From IMG/VR virus record IMGVR_UViG_3300032292_000267, positions 1 to 45,403 of that record: a DNA stretch of 45,403 bases; one strand, 5' to 3'. This DNA comes from a virus. Taxonomy: Duplodnaviria; Caudoviricetes. This document shows, piece by piece, positions 24,930 to 37,631 of this stretch. Numbering within the stretch: the first letter of the stretch is position 1; each line of letters begins with the position of its first letter. The translations under genes were made by a program, and so were the position numbers. The notes under the pieces were generated by a model that did no database searches, had not been told where the DNA came from, and saw only the letters and a program-made list of their open reading frames with translations.

Positions 24930-25835
24930 TTACCATGGATCCCCAGACATTTTTAAACTACTTGCAAGTTTTTCAGACTCATATTTAAATCTCATTTTTA
25001 AAATTTTTTTGGATCCTGCTTTAACTCCAACAGAGTCATTACCAACACTTTCAAAGATAATTCTATCATCCAAAATTGCTTTTAATTTTGGATTATTAAG
25101 AGGATCTTCTACAGATGCAGAATAAGGAGCCTTTGTTCCTCTACCGGTAACCTTTACATATGGGGGATAAAGTTCTTGACTTGCGTCTATCCAACTTTTA
25201 ATTATATAATCTCTTCTTTTTGCCTGATCCATTGTATTTAATTTTTTAAGTAAAATATCTCTACATTCACTCAATACCATACTACCCAAAGAATCCGTTT
25301 CCTTCTGCAATGCTTTATTTGCACGAATCGCAGACTTTCTTGCTTGAGCTGCTGCTGGTAATTTAAAACTTTTAATTATTTTATCTTGAGATTTTTTATT
25401 AATATCATTAAGTCCCAATCCAAGATCAGAATCAATTGTTCCTACTCCTGGGTTTTTAAATCCAATATCACCCTTTCCAGAAGTAGATTTTGCAGATAGT
25501 CCCAGAAATCCACCTTTTCTAAATTTTACCAAAACGTCAGTTGGATTTTTCCTTTGATTAACATCAACACCAACAACTGCTTTAAAGGAAAATCCTGGGC
25601 GAGCAGTCCAATATGTTTCTTGTATTCCATCAAATCCATTAGACTTTGCCCATTTTAAAAATTCTTCAACCATAACAATTGCTCTACCAATTTGCTGCTC
25701 ACCCTGTTCTGCTGTAAGCATTGCCAATTTTTTGTTGTATTGAGACTCTGATGCGGAATCTGGAAATTCATTTCCATTCAAAATAAATGCAACATATATT
25801 TCATTAACATCCGCTAGGTCGGTATTTCTAGCCAT
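24930..25835 (-). CDS. Putative PD-(D/E)xK-fold nuclease
   Basis: N-terminal helix with E (DVNEI), then NPTDVLV...GLSAK. Confidence 0.45.
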   Translation of the reverse strand: MARNTDLADVNEIYVAFILNGNEFPDSASESQYNKKLAMLTAEQGEQQIGRAIVMVEEFLKWAKSNGFDGIQETYWTARPGFSFKAVVGVDVNQRKNPTDVLVKFRKGGFLGLSAKSTSGKGDIGFKNPGVGTIDSDLGLGLNDINKKSQDKIIKSFKLPAAAQARKSAIRANKALQKETDSLGSMVLSECRDILLKKLNTMDQAKRRDYIIKSWIDASQELYPPYVKVTGRGTKAPYSASVEDPLNNPKLKAILDDRIIFESVGNDSVGVKAGSKKILKMRFKYESEKLASSLKMSGDPW

Positions 25836-25864
25836 TTATATTAATACTTTTTAAGTATTTAGAA

Positions 25865-25938
25865 TGGAGATAATCGGACTCGAACCGATGACATCTTGCT
25901 TGCAAAGCAAGTGCTACTACCAACTGAGCTATATCCCC
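25865..25938 (-). tRNA. tRNA-Ala(TGC)
   Basis: GGGGATA/TATCTCC with G3:U70, CTTGC-TTTGCAA-GCAAG. Confidence 0.95.
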
Positions 25939-25947
25939 GATGTGGGT

Positions 25948-25982
25948 ATTATAAAACCCCTCAACTAAAAAGTCAAGGGGTT
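25948..25982 (-). promoter_or_regulatory. Sigma70 promoter TTGACT-17-TATAAT superimposed on a terminator-like hairpin
   Basis: AACCCCTTGACT-TTTT-AGTTGAGGGGTT then TTATAAT; tRNA-Ala follows. Confidence 0.7.
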
Positions 25983-26015
25983 AGAGCAACCTTCCGATTT
26001 ATTTATCAGTCGTGC

Positions 26016-26912
26016 TCACCCATTGCTCTTTGCTTTGGGAGTTTGCCCATAAGAACCTTCTGCCTCAAGAATCTCTTCAATGTCTTCAGCATTTAGTTCA
26101 TTCGCCATCAACCACTCTGCTTCTTCCAAAGTTTCTGCATATCCTTCTACTTGAAGAAACTCAAGAACTGTATCAAACAAATCTACTTCTTCGTTAGAAA
26201 CTAATCCAACTACGTTCTTGTTCTTTTTAGTCAGTTTATCAAAATAGTTAATATCCCTTTGCATCTTATTAGCATTGTCTCTTCCCTTTGCAGGAGAAAG
26301 TGGTTTATCACCTGCTCTTCTTTGTGCTGCAAGGTCACTTCTTCTTTCCGAAGATTCTCCCTTTACTGCTTCACCCATATTAAGTTTCTTCTTCTCGTTA
26401 GGAGTTAGAGTAGCAGAACCTCTCTGTGCTCCTCTTGCTGCTTGCTTTGCTTTTACCTCAGGATCATTTGATTTATGACCATAACCATGAAGTCCTGGAT
26501 TAGATGAATTTGTTTTGCGGAAATCACCCATCTGCTTTCTTGCATAATTTGCTCTAGCTTTGGGATCAGTACCAGATTGTCCATATGTTGGTCTATCTGC
26601 TAATGCTCCTGCTCTATCTGCAGATTGTCCACCACCAGTTGATGAAGCAATCTTGTTACGAATAGCAGTCTCATCCTTGCCCCTCTTTGCCATGGCAGTT
26701 GCTTCACCAAGTCCAAGTGCCTTTCTTGCCTTTGCTCTTTCTTCTGGAGATGGTTTTTTTGAAGGAGCAAGATCTTTGATTGAATGAGTTGCCTTACCAA
26801 CTTTAGCAGGTGCTGAAGGCATCTTTTCCATACGGGAAGCCATTCTATTTTCATCAAGTTCATAAACTTGATTATATGCTTCCACCAATCCGCGCAGTTC
26901 CTTAGGATCCAT
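26016..26912 (-). CDS. Modular internal-head-like protein
   Basis: MDPKELRGLVEAY N-terminus, basic cassettes bounded by xLxE-like motifs, acidic GYAETLEEAE block; TATAAATA upstream. Confidence 0.6.
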   Translation of the reverse strand: MDPKELRGLVEAYNQVYELDENRMASRMEKMPSAPAKVGKATHSIKDLAPSKKPSPEERAKARKALGLGEATAMAKRGKDETAIRNKIASSTGGGQSADRAGALADRPTYGQSGTDPKARANYARKQMGDFRKTNSSNPGLHGYGHKSNDPEVKAKQAARGAQRGSATLTPNEKKKLNMGEAVKGESSERRSDLAAQRRAGDKPLSPAKGRDNANKMQRDINYFDKLTKKNKNVVGLVSNEEVDLFDTVLEFLQVEGYAETLEEAEWLMANELNAEDIEEILEAEGSYGQTPKAKSNG

Positions 26913-26932
26913 TTTTACAAATACTTTTTAGT

Positions 26933-26965
26933 TATTTATAAAAAAACCTCCTGCAAAAGGAGGTT
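26933..26965 (-). terminator. Terminator of the replication transcript fused to a late promoter TATAAATA
   Basis: AACCTCCT-TTTGC-AGGAGGTT, T-tract, then ATAAATA. Confidence 0.7.
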
Positions 26966-26969
26966 GAAA

Positions 26970-27160
26970 TCAAAGCGTGTGTTTTTCAATCTGACTATCA
27001 AGTTCTACAATCACTCCACGAATATCAGTTACACGAGGAGGAACAGATGCCTCATTATAGGTATATCCTTTTTGAGCATCAAAGAGAACTTGACGAACTG
27101 CCGCTGCAGAACGAACATCAAGATTAAGTATTACTCCAGTTTCTGTAATAGTCACTTCAC

Positions 27161-27164
<4 letters not shown>
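26970..27164 (-). CDS. Hypothetical protein
   Basis: 64 aa, GTGA-coupled to mazG. Confidence 0.6.
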
Positions 27165-30256
<3,092 letters not shown>

Positions 30257-30257
<1 letters not shown>

Positions 30258-30814
30258 TACTTATAGTGCAAATAGGTAGTTAAAATATACTTGGTGTTGC
30301 TGATCGAAGGACATCCCATATGAGGATACATCCAAAGTGGTGGAAACATCACTAGTTTTCCAACCTCAGGTTTAATAGTCAAATCTTTAAATATTGTTTC
30401 TCCTCCCTCGTCAACATTATTCAAATACCAAAGAAATGAAAGATACCTTCTTGCTGATGTATGATCTTTTACATCGACATGACAGTCAAATGCATCATTG
30501 CCATCATTATTATATTTTTTAATGCGAAACTGTTCGAAAGCATTTTGCTCAGGAAAACATCTCTCATCAATAAATTGATAATAGTCTTTTTTATATTCAA
30601 AAGTCTTCTTAATTAGATATTGATGAATATCATTCAGTTCGTTAGATTCTTTTGAAATTGCTGTTAAATTTAATTGAGTAAAATTTGGTTTTCTGTCATT
30701 CTCAATTCTCTCATGTTTTTCAGATGTATGTTCAAAAATGTCAATTAGATTCGAACATACATCTGAATCTAAAGCATCATCATAAACACGAATTAAATCA
30801 AGTAGACTGTCCAT
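30257..30814 (-). CDS. 2OG-Fe(II) oxygenase
   Basis: HVD, YLN....GGET.F, FPP.W.YPH.G, KYI; start trimmed to MDSLL. Confidence 0.9.
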
Positions 30815-31808
30815 AACTAAATTCTTCTCTTGCAATCTTATCAAGTTTTTGCATCACTTCATCAGTGAAATACTCCTCTGGATTAGCAAGAATTTGCTTA
30901 GCATAGATTTTCTTACCATCCATTTCATAGCGTCCTGCTACATTCTTCCAGAGTCCACCAATCTCACCAAGTTCCAGAAGACCATAGTAACGATCAAGAC
31001 CGCGCTCATCATAATACAGACGGATTTCAACATCTTTATTCTCCTTACTCAGACGCGATTTAGCAGTCTTAGCCTTGATAATATTTCCAACCACTTCCGT
31101 TCCATCCTTCTCTTTCTTTTTGCTGAGATAGATGATCGTACTTGCTGCGTACTTGAGTCCAGAACCTCCGCCCATTTCTTTCGTTGGTACGTAAGCTCCG
31201 ATGACATCGTATGTATGATTTGTGACAAGGAGTGGAACATTTGCTTGACCTAATTTGAGTGTGAGCATACGGAATGCACCTTTGATAAGTTGTGATTTAG
31301 TCATATCACGAACTTCTTTATCATTCAGCACATCATTAATCTCTTTACTAGTAGAGAGCATACCTAAAGAGTCTAGGACAAACATGCAAGGATTGCGTTC
31401 TTCTTCAGGTTTTTTTAAGTATAGATCTACTGCTTTGAGTGCTTTACTACGAAACTCCTCAATTGTAACAACATTAACAACAACAAGACGAGAAGTATCA
31501 ATTCCACGAGATTCTAAAAGAGATTTAGTGATAGCAGCTTCAGTGTCAAAGTAGAGACAGTAACCATTGGGATGAGTATCAAGAAAGTTCTTAACAACGG
31601 CGAGAGAGAAAAAAGTCTTTCCAGTAGAAGACTCTCCAGCAATAGCAGTAATCTTATTCCCAGATACACCACCAAATATGCTACCTGAAACCAGTGCATT
31701 AAAAACGTATGAACCCGTATCCACATAAGTTTCAGTTTCATCAATGTCGGATGCTAACTTTGTATAGTCATCACCGATCTCTTTTACAATATCTTTAAGA
31801 AAGTCCAT
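30798..31808 (-). CDS. uvsX: UvsX RecA-like recombinase
   Basis: [30 protein letters not shown]. Confidence 0.95.
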   Translation of the reverse strand: MDFLKDIVKEIGDDYTKLASDIDETETYVDTGSYVFNALVSGSIFGGVSGNKITAIAGESSTGKTFFSLAVVKNFLDTHPNGYCLYFDTEAAITKSLLESRGIDTSRLVVVNVVTIEEFRSKALKAVDLYLKKPEEERNPCMFVLDSLGMLSTSKEINDVLNDKEVRDMTKSQLIKGAFRMLTLKLGQANVPLLVTNHTYDVIGAYVPTKEMGGGSGLKYAASTIIYLSKKKEKDGTEVVGNIIKAKTAKSRLSKENKDVEIRLYYDERGLDRYYGLLELGEIGGLWKNVAGRYEMDGKKIYAKQILANPEEYFTDEVMQKLDKIAREEFSYGQST

Positions 31809-31811
31809 AAA

Positions 31812-31931
31812 TCACTCGAAAATATAATGTGGATTTTTAGATTTAAAAATATCTACCTGCTCTTCAGTTTTAAAGAACTTAAAGAGAGTTGTGTTTGGAT
31901 ATTCTTTAAGTTGGTATTTAACTTTAATCAT
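31812..31931 (-). CDS. 39 aa hypothetical protein
   Basis: Hand translation MIKVKYQLKEYPNTTLFKFFKTEEQVDIFKSKNPHYIFE; fills the gap with TGATG coupling. Confidence 0.5.
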   Translation of the reverse strand: MIKVKYQLKEYPNTTLFKFFKTEEQVDIFKSKNPHYIFE

Positions 31932-32095
31932 CACGCTACCATCCCGTATTGTTCACGAAGTATTTTTTTATAAGGTAAACCTTGTTCTTTAAGTTCTTTT
32001 ACCAATTTAAGTTTTTGATATAAGGCAGTGTCCCCACCCAGAGCCATTGCTTTTACAATTGTATTCAGTTCTTGATCATTAATAGGTAGATCCAT
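31931..32095 (-). CDS. 54 aa hypothetical protein
   Basis: Hand translation MDLPINDQELNTIVKAMALGGDTALYQKLKLVKELKEQGLPYKKILREQYGMVA; TAATG-coupled to g43. Confidence 0.6.
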   Translation of the reverse strand: MDLPINDQELNTIVKAMALGGDTALYQKLKLVKELKEQGLPYKKILREQYGMVA

Positions 32096-34596
32096 TAAGC
32101 AAAAAAGAGTTCAAGGTTTGCAGTTTTTTCCACACTCCACCCAATCGAATCAAGAATAATCTTGAGTGGTTCTAGAAATGCTTTCTCAAATTGTAAGTCA
32201 TAGTCTATGTATTTGTCAAGATCAAGTTCCTTTGGAAAATCTTGAATAAATGAAATAACGTTTTCGTGAATGATGTTTGGTTTCTTAAGATAAACAAACT
32301 TAATCTTCTCTCCATTTTGTATTGCAGAATATTTGTTTGTCAGTTTCTTTTGTTTAATATAATGATTAAAGAGAAGTGCTCCACGAACGTGAATGGGAGT
32401 TCCTTTCATATAAATGTTTGAAGATGACTGATACTTCTGAACATCAGAGGCAGAACGAGGGAATGAAATATTTTCTGCAGGAAGTTTTTTAAATTCTTGC
32501 CTACACTTATCAATATAATTAATCATATCATCTTCAGTGCCGCTCATCATAATATTGAAAGAGTCCTTAAGCATTTTACGACAAGGGGCAGGAGTTGAAG
32601 ATTTGATTGCTTCAATACCTTTAATCTTAAGTTTTGGTTTCTCATAACGAACACCTTCACTATCCCATACGCTAAGAATATATCGCTTCTTTGCAGTCCA
32701 AATTCCACGTTCAGCAACACATTCACGCTTCATAATCATTTTCTGCTCATAGGCATTCGCATAGTCAGCCAATTCTTGGTAAGAACCTTCAATATACTTC
32801 TCAAGTTCCAACTGACAGATCTTATCAAGGAACGTGACAATGCCTTCAGTAGTTTTCTCTCTTCCCTTGTATACAGTTTCAACCAGAGGACCCATATTGA
32901 TATAAAGAGAGTCAGTATCAGAAGCAATAACATAATCTTCACCATCCGTTTTAAGAACTTTATTTAAGTAAGAATTCACACGGTTCATAATCCACTGAAT
33001 AGATACTTGCCCAGAAAGAGTGATTGCTTCGGCATTAGCAAGTTTATAATAACGGAAATACTGATTACCAATCGCACCATAAGCAGAGTTAAGTTGAATC
33101 TTACGTGCCATCTGAATGTTATTACAGCGAGCAATCTCTTTCACGAGTTCTTTATTCTTTGTCTTTTCATACTCTTGCTCTGCCGCAAGCATTTTCTTTT
33201 TGAAGATGACTCGTTCATTATAAATCTTCTCCATCAGTTCAGGCAGGAATCCACGAACATCTTTACGATACATTGCACCATTGGCACAAATCGCATAGTC
33301 TTTGTATAGTTCAAAACTTAAGGATTGATTGAGAATCTTATCCACATTTACGGTGGGATGTCTTTCTTCCACAAGAGTTTCTGGACTGATGTTATACATC
33401 ATAATCAGGTGTGGATATAGCGAGTTCAAGTCAAAACTCACTACCCAGTCATACATTCCAGGAATTGGTTCCTTTACATATGCACCAGCATACTTTTCAT
33501 CTTTCTGAGTTTTATTCTTTGGGGGAATAACAACATCTCTTTTCTTCAAATAGGTGTAGATAATGTTATCCCACATACGGACTTGGTAAAACACATCAGC
33601 ATAATTTACTTTGGCATCATATGCCATCGTAAGAGCCAACTCAATGAGTTTCATCTTGTCTTCTAGTCTGTCAACAAGTTCTACGTCAACGATGTTATAC
33701 TCAATAAACTTCTGCCAGCCCTGAGTATAGAAATCTTTAAAGGTATCAAACTCAGAGTGATCTAGTTTCTTCTGCCCAAGTTCAACCTCAGCAATATAGT
33801 CAAGACGATAGGATTCTTGATTTGTGTAAGTGAACTTCTTATATAAATCAAGATAATCAAGCTGAGTCAATCCTCCCACATCAAATGTGGTGTGCTTTCT
33901 TCCCTTGATATAAGTTTCTCCTTCTGTTACCAGTCCCCAGTTAGAAAATCGTTTCATTAGTTTTTCACCAAGAACACGATTGAGTCGCTTACAGATATAA
34001 GGGATGTCATACAACTGAATGTTCCATCCCGTAATCACATCAGGAACATTCACCATCCAATAGTTAATAAAGTGATTCAACAACTCATACTCTGAAGGAC
34101 AATGGTGATACGTCAAGTCCTTACGATTATGTTTGAAGGGTTTGATGCCCCAGGTAATAATTTCTTTAGTAGTATAGTCCTGAATAGTAATTGCAAGAAT
34201 CTCTTCAGAACAAGACTCCACATCAGGGAATCCCTCTTCAGAAGCAACTTCAATGTCCAAAGTTACAAGTTTTATTTTGCTAATATCAAACTTGATTTCA
34301 TTCTCTGGATATTTCTCTGAGATGTATTGGTAGATGTATCTATCGTTTCCGTAGATTTCAAATCCGTCCACACCTTCATACTTACTATAAAACTCACGAC
34401 AGTCTCTGACAGTGCCAGGTTTGACTGGTTCAACTGCTTCACCACTTAATGTTCTATACTTAGAATCTTTTTTAGTCTTTACAAAAAGGGTTGGAAAGAA
34501 CTCATCCCTTGTTTCAAATCTTTTACCATTTTCTACTCCACGAACCAAAAATTGATTCCCAATCAACTGAACATTAGTATAGAAGCGTTGTGTCAT
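32095..34596 (-). CDS. g43: Family B DNA polymerase (T4 gp43)
   Basis: DIEV exonuclease motif, SFDLNSLYPH, KIQLNSAYG, SDTDS, KKRY. Confidence 0.98.
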   Translation of the reverse strand: MTQRFYTNVQLIGNQFLVRGVENGKRFETRDEFFPTLFVKTKKDSKYRTLSGEAVEPVKPGTVRDCREFYSKYEGVDGFEIYGNDRYIYQYISEKYPENEIKFDISKIKLVTLDIEVASEEGFPDVESCSEEILAITIQDYTTKEIITWGIKPFKHNRKDLTYHHCPSEYELLNHFINYWMVNVPDVITGWNIQLYDIPYICKRLNRVLGEKLMKRFSNWGLVTEGETYIKGRKHTTFDVGGLTQLDYLDLYKKFTYTNQESYRLDYIAEVELGQKKLDHSEFDTFKDFYTQGWQKFIEYNIVDVELVDRLEDKMKLIELALTMAYDAKVNYADVFYQVRMWDNIIYTYLKKRDVVIPPKNKTQKDEKYAGAYVKEPIPGMYDWVVSFDLNSLYPHLIMMYNISPETLVEERHPTVNVDKILNQSLSFELYKDYAICANGAMYRKDVRGFLPELMEKIYNERVIFKKKMLAAEQEYEKTKNKELVKEIARCNNIQMARKIQLNSAYGAIGNQYFRYYKLANAEAITLSGQVSIQWIMNRVNSYLNKVLKTDGEDYVIASDTDSLYINMGPLVETVYKGREKTTEGIVTFLDKICQLELEKYIEGSYQELADYANAYEQKMIMKRECVAERGIWTAKKRYILSVWDSEGVRYEKPKLKIKGIEAIKSSTPAPCRKMLKDSFNIMMSGTEDDMINYIDKCRQEFKKLPAENISFPRSASDVQKYQSSSNIYMKGTPIHVRGALLFNHYIKQKKLTNKYSAIQNGEKIKFVYLKKPNIIHENVISFIQDFPKELDLDKYIDYDLQFEKAFLEPLKIILDSIGWSVEKTANLELFFA

Positions 34597-34856
34597 TCTT
34601 TAATCAAATCCTCATATTTTTCAAGTAAAGTTGGAGTTGGATCTACAAGTGTAAGAATCTTTTCCGAACTCATCATAAATGTATTCTGTTTTGTATAACC
34701 AGATAAAAATGGTTCTAGTGTTTGATCACTTTTTACGACAAAAGTATTTGTCAATTTACAATCTGGTTCACCAATATCAGCACCAACTTCTTCAATCTGT
34801 GAAATCAGGATTAAGTTGCTCATCAAAGCTATTATCTTGATTGGTTTCTTTTCCAT
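34593..34856 (-). CDS. Hypothetical protein (possible Sm-like fold)
   Basis: 87 aa; pattern resembles the upstream neighbour. Confidence 0.6.
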   Translation of the reverse strand: MEKKPIKIIALMSNLILISQIEEVGADIGEPDCKLTNTFVVKSDQTLEPFLSGYTKQNTFMMSSEKILTLVDPTPTLLEKYEDLIKE

Positions 34857-35181
34857 GATTAATTACATCCTGCACATACATTTCTTTTAATTTGTCGATT
34901 GGTTCTGTAATTGTTACAACCCAATCTGCTGCCACTGGAATCTTATCATCTTTTGTAAGTGGCATCCAAGGGAAAAGCGCAACCTGATAGGCAGCTTTTT
35001 TATCATCCTTTTCTTCAGATTCTTCTTCTGAAAAGATACTTGGATCTCTCATTTTAACAATACAAGGTTTGTCAAAGAAATATCCTATTACTTTTTTAGA
35101 TTCCTCTGTTCCAATAACCATTTCTTGAACATCTGCAATGATGTCCTCTCCAGATTTTAACAAAACAAGTTTTACTGTCAT
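34792..35181 (-). CDS. Hypothetical protein (possible Sm-like fold)
   Basis: VKLVLLKSGEDIIA...L.PWMP...VVTITEP...L.EMY; GGAGGT ribosome-binding site. Confidence 0.7.
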   Translation of the reverse strand: MTVKLVLLKSGEDIIADVQEMVIGTEESKKVIGYFFDKPCIVKMRDPSIFSEEESEEKDDKKAAYQVALFPWMPLTKDDKIPVAADWVVTITEPIDKLKEMYVQDVINHGKETNQDNSFDEQLNPDFTD

Positions 35182-35202
35182 CTTTACTCCATACCTCCAC
35201 TC

Positions 35203-35255
35203 ATTTTAGCAAGAAAAAAATAAGGAGTCAACCTGGATTTTGCCAGGGACTCCTT
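35203..35255 (-). promoter_or_regulatory. Terminator hairpin fused with sigma70 promoter TTGACT-17-TAAAAT upstream of the g43 operon
   Basis: AAGGAGTC-CCTGG-CAAAAT-CCAGG-TT-GACTCCTT then a T-tract; the -35 lies in the 3' arm. Confidence 0.7.
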
Positions 35256-35279
35256 TGCGACGACGATATTCAAATCTAT

Positions 35280-35438
35280 TTATTCACCATTACCATTACC
35301 TCCACCAGCACTTGAAGAAGATCTTTTGACAAATGCTTTACCCTTTTTCAATCCCAAATTTGGTTTTGCCATCGGATAATCAATAACCTTAATAGGATTT
35401 ATTTTAGACTCTTCAATGAATTGTTGGAAGGTTTTCAT
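35280..35438 (-). CDS. 52 aa putative internal head peptide with capsid-targeting sequence
   Basis: Hand translation MKTFQQFIEESKINPIKVIDYPMAKPNLGLKKGKAFVKRSSSSAGGGNGNGE; CTAAATA late box upstream. Confidence 0.65.
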   Translation of the reverse strand: MKTFQQFIEESKINPIKVIDYPMAKPNLGLKKGKAFVKRSSSSAGGGNGNGE

Positions 35439-35452
35439 CGTTTTTATTTTAT

Positions 35453-35887
35453 TTAGAGATAGTCCTTTCGTTTATGATGATCTGGAACAATTCTACCAAG
35501 AGTCACAGTCAAAAGCCCATCCTCAAAATCAACTGATCTAACTTCCGTATCATCAGAGAGCGTCCAGACTCGTGTAAAACTCCGTTGAGCCAAACCCTTG
35601 TGGAGATAGTTAGACTCCGTTTCTTTATCCTCCTTTTGCCCTTCCACAAAGAGTTTGCCATCTTGCGTGTAGACATAAACCTCCTTTTTCTTAAATCCAG
35701 CAAGAGCAAGTTCCAGTCTCGATTCAACATTACTGACTTGAACAAGATTATATGGGGGATAGTTGGAAGTAGTTTCGTGAAGATTGAACAGACGATCAAA
35801 ATACTCGTCCATTCCGATACTGTGACGAGTAATTCTGTCCATCAAGGCAGGCAAATCCGCAGCAGTGTACCTTGTAAGGTTAGTCAT
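35453..35887 (-). CDS. hsp20: Small heat shock protein Hsp20
   Basis: NYPPYN, LELALAGF, YLHKGLAQRSF, DGLL; start MTNL with AGGAG ribosome-binding site. Confidence 0.95.
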   Translation of the reverse strand: MTNLTRYTAADLPALMDRITRHSIGMDEYFDRLFNLHETTSNYPPYNLVQVSNVESRLELALAGFKKKEVYVYTQDGKLFVEGQKEDKETESNYLHKGLAQRSFTRVWTLSDDTEVRSVDFEDGLLTVTLGRIVPDHHKRKDYL

Positions 35888-35962
35888 TATAGTAGCTCCT
35901 TTGAAAGCGAGTTTGTGTTTTATGGATCCTTTCGGCATCCACTACTAATTATACAAGATTAT

Positions 35963-35989
35963 AAAAAAAGCGGGATGTTATTTCCCGCA
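35963..35989 (-). terminator. Intrinsic terminator after regA
   Basis: GCGGGA-AATAACA-TCCCGC followed by T7. Confidence 0.7.
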
Positions 35990-35993
35990 CTTT

Positions 35994-36431
35994 TTATTCG
36001 GTTTCTACTGCCTTTCCTTTTTTACCAATATTATATTTTTGTTCTAGAACCCAATCACCTTTATCCTTATATGCAAGAACTTTGATTTGATTCAGTGGTG
36101 CAATATTTACAACTGAATCTGGTTTTACTACTGTAATCAATCCCCAATCAGCAAGTAAACATACAATACGATTACGTCTCTGAACATCATTTACTGTCAG
36201 ATTAGCATGTTTACCGTCAAGTGCAAACAACTCCTTAAAGTGAACGATATAATATCTACCTTGTTTATGAAGAATATGGCAAGATTGGTAGAGTTTTTTC
36301 TCCTTGCGCGAAGCAACACCAATACGAGTTAAAGTCTCACGTACTTTTAGAAAATCATCAGGTTCATTGAGAATCACTTCAACCATCTGATCTTGAGACC
36401 AACTAACTTCAGGTTCTACCGTGGTAGTCAT
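35994..36431 (-). CDS. regA: Translational repressor RegA
   Basis: DDFLKVRETLTRIGVAS, LYQSCHILHKQG.YYIVHFKELF.LDG. Confidence 0.97.
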   Translation of the reverse strand: MTTTVEPEVSWSQDQMVEVILNEPDDFLKVRETLTRIGVASRKEKKLYQSCHILHKQGRYYIVHFKELFALDGKHANLTVNDVQRRNRIVCLLADWGLITVVKPDSVVNIAPLNQIKVLAYKDKGDWVLEQKYNIGKKGKAVETE

Positions 36432-36808
36432 TTTTTTCCTCCAATGTCAAGTTTTTGTTTAATGTAATTAATTTGCTCTTTTGTTAAGATCTTCAAGACT
36501 TGTGATGCTTTTTCATTACTATAGTTATAGTATTGTTTAATACATTCTAAGTCTACGGCTTTATCCTTTCGGAGCCAAGGAGAGAATCTTTTTCTTTTCC
36601 TTAGACTATTTAGATAAAACAAATATTGTAGATCTTTATCCAAATGATGATTCATATTCATTTCATTTGCAAAAATGATAGAATCAATGTGTCCCGAAAA
36701 ACATCTATTAATAATATAAGGAGGATATTCCTTTGCTAAAGAGGGATCTTCGTCAATCAGATTCTGTTTCGTTTGATTGATCGAGTTTAACCAGTCCTTC
36801 AATTCCAT
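36428..36808 (-). CDS. g62: Clamp loader small subunit (gp62)
   Basis: LKDWLNSIN, YPPYIINRC.S, ANEMN, RKRKRFSPW; start trimmed to MELKD. Confidence 0.9.
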   Translation of the reverse strand: MELKDWLNSINQTKQNLIDEDPSLAKEYPPYIINRCFSGHIDSIIFANEMNMNHHLDKDLQYLFYLNSLRKRKRFSPWLRKDKAVDLECIKQYYNYSNEKASQVLKILTKEQINYIKQKLDIGGKK

Positions 36809-37631
36809 AATTAAAAAGCAAGAGTTCTTTACGCTGTTTCTGCTCACGCATATATTCACCAACCGAACGCATCGTATAAGTGAGATCAAACTCAGCAGCG
36901 TTCCATTTTCCACCCAAAAAACGGTTTTTTACAAGTTGATCTGAATTATAACTTACCAATTGATCCATATTATTGCTATCACAATCAGCAGCAAACTTAT
37001 CGTGATCAAATCCTTTGTGCATTGATCCCTTGTTCCCATAGAGATTATCCTTAATATCATAAGGAGGATCGAGATACATAAAAGCACCCATGTCTCCATC
37101 CATCAGATAATCATACGAGTAATTAGTTATACGCCAATGCTCAATTATCTTAGAATACTCAGGCAGTTTTTCGATACCCCGCATACTGAAGTTGGAATTC
37201 GAAGCTTGTGCTGAAAATGAAGAACTCTCTGTGAGACCGCTGAAAGAACACTTATTGACAATATAAAAATCCACAGCACGATCAATGCTGGGCAAATCCT
37301 GATCATTAATCTTCTCCTTACTCGTTAGGAACAACTCCTTTGCAGACTCTGGATTATTATGCGTCGATTTAATATCTACCAGTTTATCTTTTAAATCAGT
37401 CCCAAACATCTGAAGTTGTTGCCAGAAATTTACAAGAGGTTCATAAAGATCATTCACCCAAATATCTAGGTTGGGATATTTCTTTGTGATATGAATCGCA
37501 ACACTACCCCCACCAAGAAATGGTTCACGGAACTCATCATAATCCCGAAGATCTGGAAAATAAGAATCCATCTTGACGCAAGCACGGGACTTTCCGCCTG
37601 GATACCTTAAAGGTGTTTTTAGAGACTTCAT
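36753..37631 (-). CDS. dam: Dam-like N6-adenine DNA methyltransferase
   Basis: PLRYPGGKS, EPFLGGGSV, VND, YLDPPY. Confidence 0.9.
   Translation of the reverse strand: MKSLKTPLRYPGGKSRACVKMDSYFPDLRDYDEFREPFLGGGSVAIHITKKYPNLDIWVNDLYEPLVNFWQQLQMFGTDLKDKLVDIKSTHNNPESAKELFLTSKEKINDQDLPSIDRAVDFYIVNKCSFSGLTESSSFSAQASNSNFSMRGIEKLPEYSKIIEHWRITNYSYDYLMDGDMGAFMYLDPPYDIKDNLYGNKGSMHKGFDHDKFAADCDSNNMDQLVSYNSDQLVKNRFLGGKWNAAEFDLTYTMRSVGEYMREQKQRKELLLFNYGIEGLVKLDQSNETESD

Noticed and set aside
35215-35270. Glutamine (glnA) riboswitch, suggested by the leading ATCGT
   Set aside because: Lacks the CGGAAG and GAAGGAACG core; better explained as a terminator fused with a promoter
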